Source: Propionimicrobium sp. PCR01-08-3
GTDB taxonomy: Bacteria; Actinomycetota; Actinomycetes; Propionibacteriales; Propionibacteriaceae
Reading direction: 5' to 3'
Assembly (NCBI RefSeq): GCF_030286045.1
Contig: NZ_CP127390.1
Coordinates: 1,667,482-1,691,481 of the forward strand
DNA: 24,000 bases
Positions 23,796 through 24,000 of this stretch are shown here, piece by piece; within the stretch, counting starts at the first letter, position 1, and each line of letters opens with the position of its first letter. Under the pieces are notes generated by a model, which saw only the letters and a list, made by a program, of their open reading frames with translations, was not told the DNA's origin and ran no database searches. The translations under genes and the position numbers were made by a program.

Positions 23796-23828
23796 TCTCG
23801 GTGTGCCTTCGAACCTGGGATCACCGCG
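23788..23828. terminator. Hairpin between convergent genes (bidirectional terminator candidate).
   Basis: CGCGGTGATC (23788-23797, includes the TGA stop) / GATCACCGCG (23819-23828). 10-bp perfect stem with a 21-nt loop. Confidence 0.5.
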
Positions 23829-23839
23829 CGGTTCCAGTA

Positions 23840-24000
23840 TCAGGATTCGACGTAGATCATCTGGGTTCGGGTGAACTCCTCAACACCGAGCGGACCGTCG
23901 GCACCGCCGATGCCCGACTTGCGGGTGCCGGCGTGGAACCCTTGCATCGCCTCGAAGTTCTCCCGGTTGATGTAGGTCTCGCCGAAGTCGATCTCACGCA
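23840..24000 (-). CDS. 3' end of an aldehyde dehydrogenase family protein (gene continues beyond the window).
   Basis: The minus-strand translation ends REIDFGETYINRENFEAMQGFHAGTRKSGIGGADGPLGVEEFTRTQMIYVES with stop at 23840-23842. The G-x-K-x-SG-x-G...EEF/Y-T pattern is the conserved ALDH C-terminal region. Confidence 0.75.
   Translation of the reverse strand, partial: REIDFGETYINRENFEAMQGFHAGTRKSGIGGADGPLGVEEFTRTQMIYVES

Noticed and set aside
1-24000. CRISPR arrays, IS elements or transposases, rRNA, tmRNA, RNase P or SRP RNA.
   Set aside because: There are no regularly spaced direct repeats, no transposase-like ORFs with terminal inverted repeats, and no sequence resembling the conserved cores of these RNAs as far as I can judge by eye. 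An Infernal/Rfam scan would be needed to exclude small RNAs.

Overview
High-GC (about 64% by eye) actinobacterial chromosomal segment. Gene content and order look like Propionibacteriales or a related Actinomycetota lineage, but the taxon cannot be verified here. 1-10.7 kb is conserved core: DUF4193 protein, SepH-like septation protein (DUF3071), an alkaline-phosphatase-superfamily enzyme with a DUF5998-like partner, an App1/DUF2183 phosphatase, a ParC-type type IIA topoisomerase subunit A, a beta-carbonic anhydrase, CoaBC and an NRDE-family protein. 11-15.3 kb is compositionally patchy: an AT-shifted DUF368 (polyprenyl-phosphate translocase family) gene, about 650 bp of AT-shifted gene-poor DNA, tRNA-Met(CAU), a three-gene operon of unknowns joined by ATGA overlaps and ending in an MBL hydrolase, and a MacroD-type macro-domain gene. 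15.5-19.8 kb holds a dhaL / dhaK / lactonase-like MBL / FmdB zinc-ribbon / Zn-ADH cluster. This is followed by a translationally coupled pair (Pro-rich, single-TM beta-propeller protein plus a large polytopic membrane protein) and the 3' end of a convergent aldehyde dehydrogenase. I found no CRISPR array, IS element, integrase or rRNA. The most unusual non-coding signal is a 48-nt AT-cored hairpin element present twice (43/48 identical, with one compensatory stem change), exactly bracketing the App1-family gene. Other signals are a recurring CAGAGAAT/ATTCTCTG inverted-repeat motif in three intergenic regions, an operator-like TGTCAC triplet over the promoter of the tRNA-adjacent operon, several SD-less genes with a TANNNT box 6-8 nt upstream of the ATG, and frequent ATGA stop/start overlaps. 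All functional calls rest on motif recognition from memory, with no database search.
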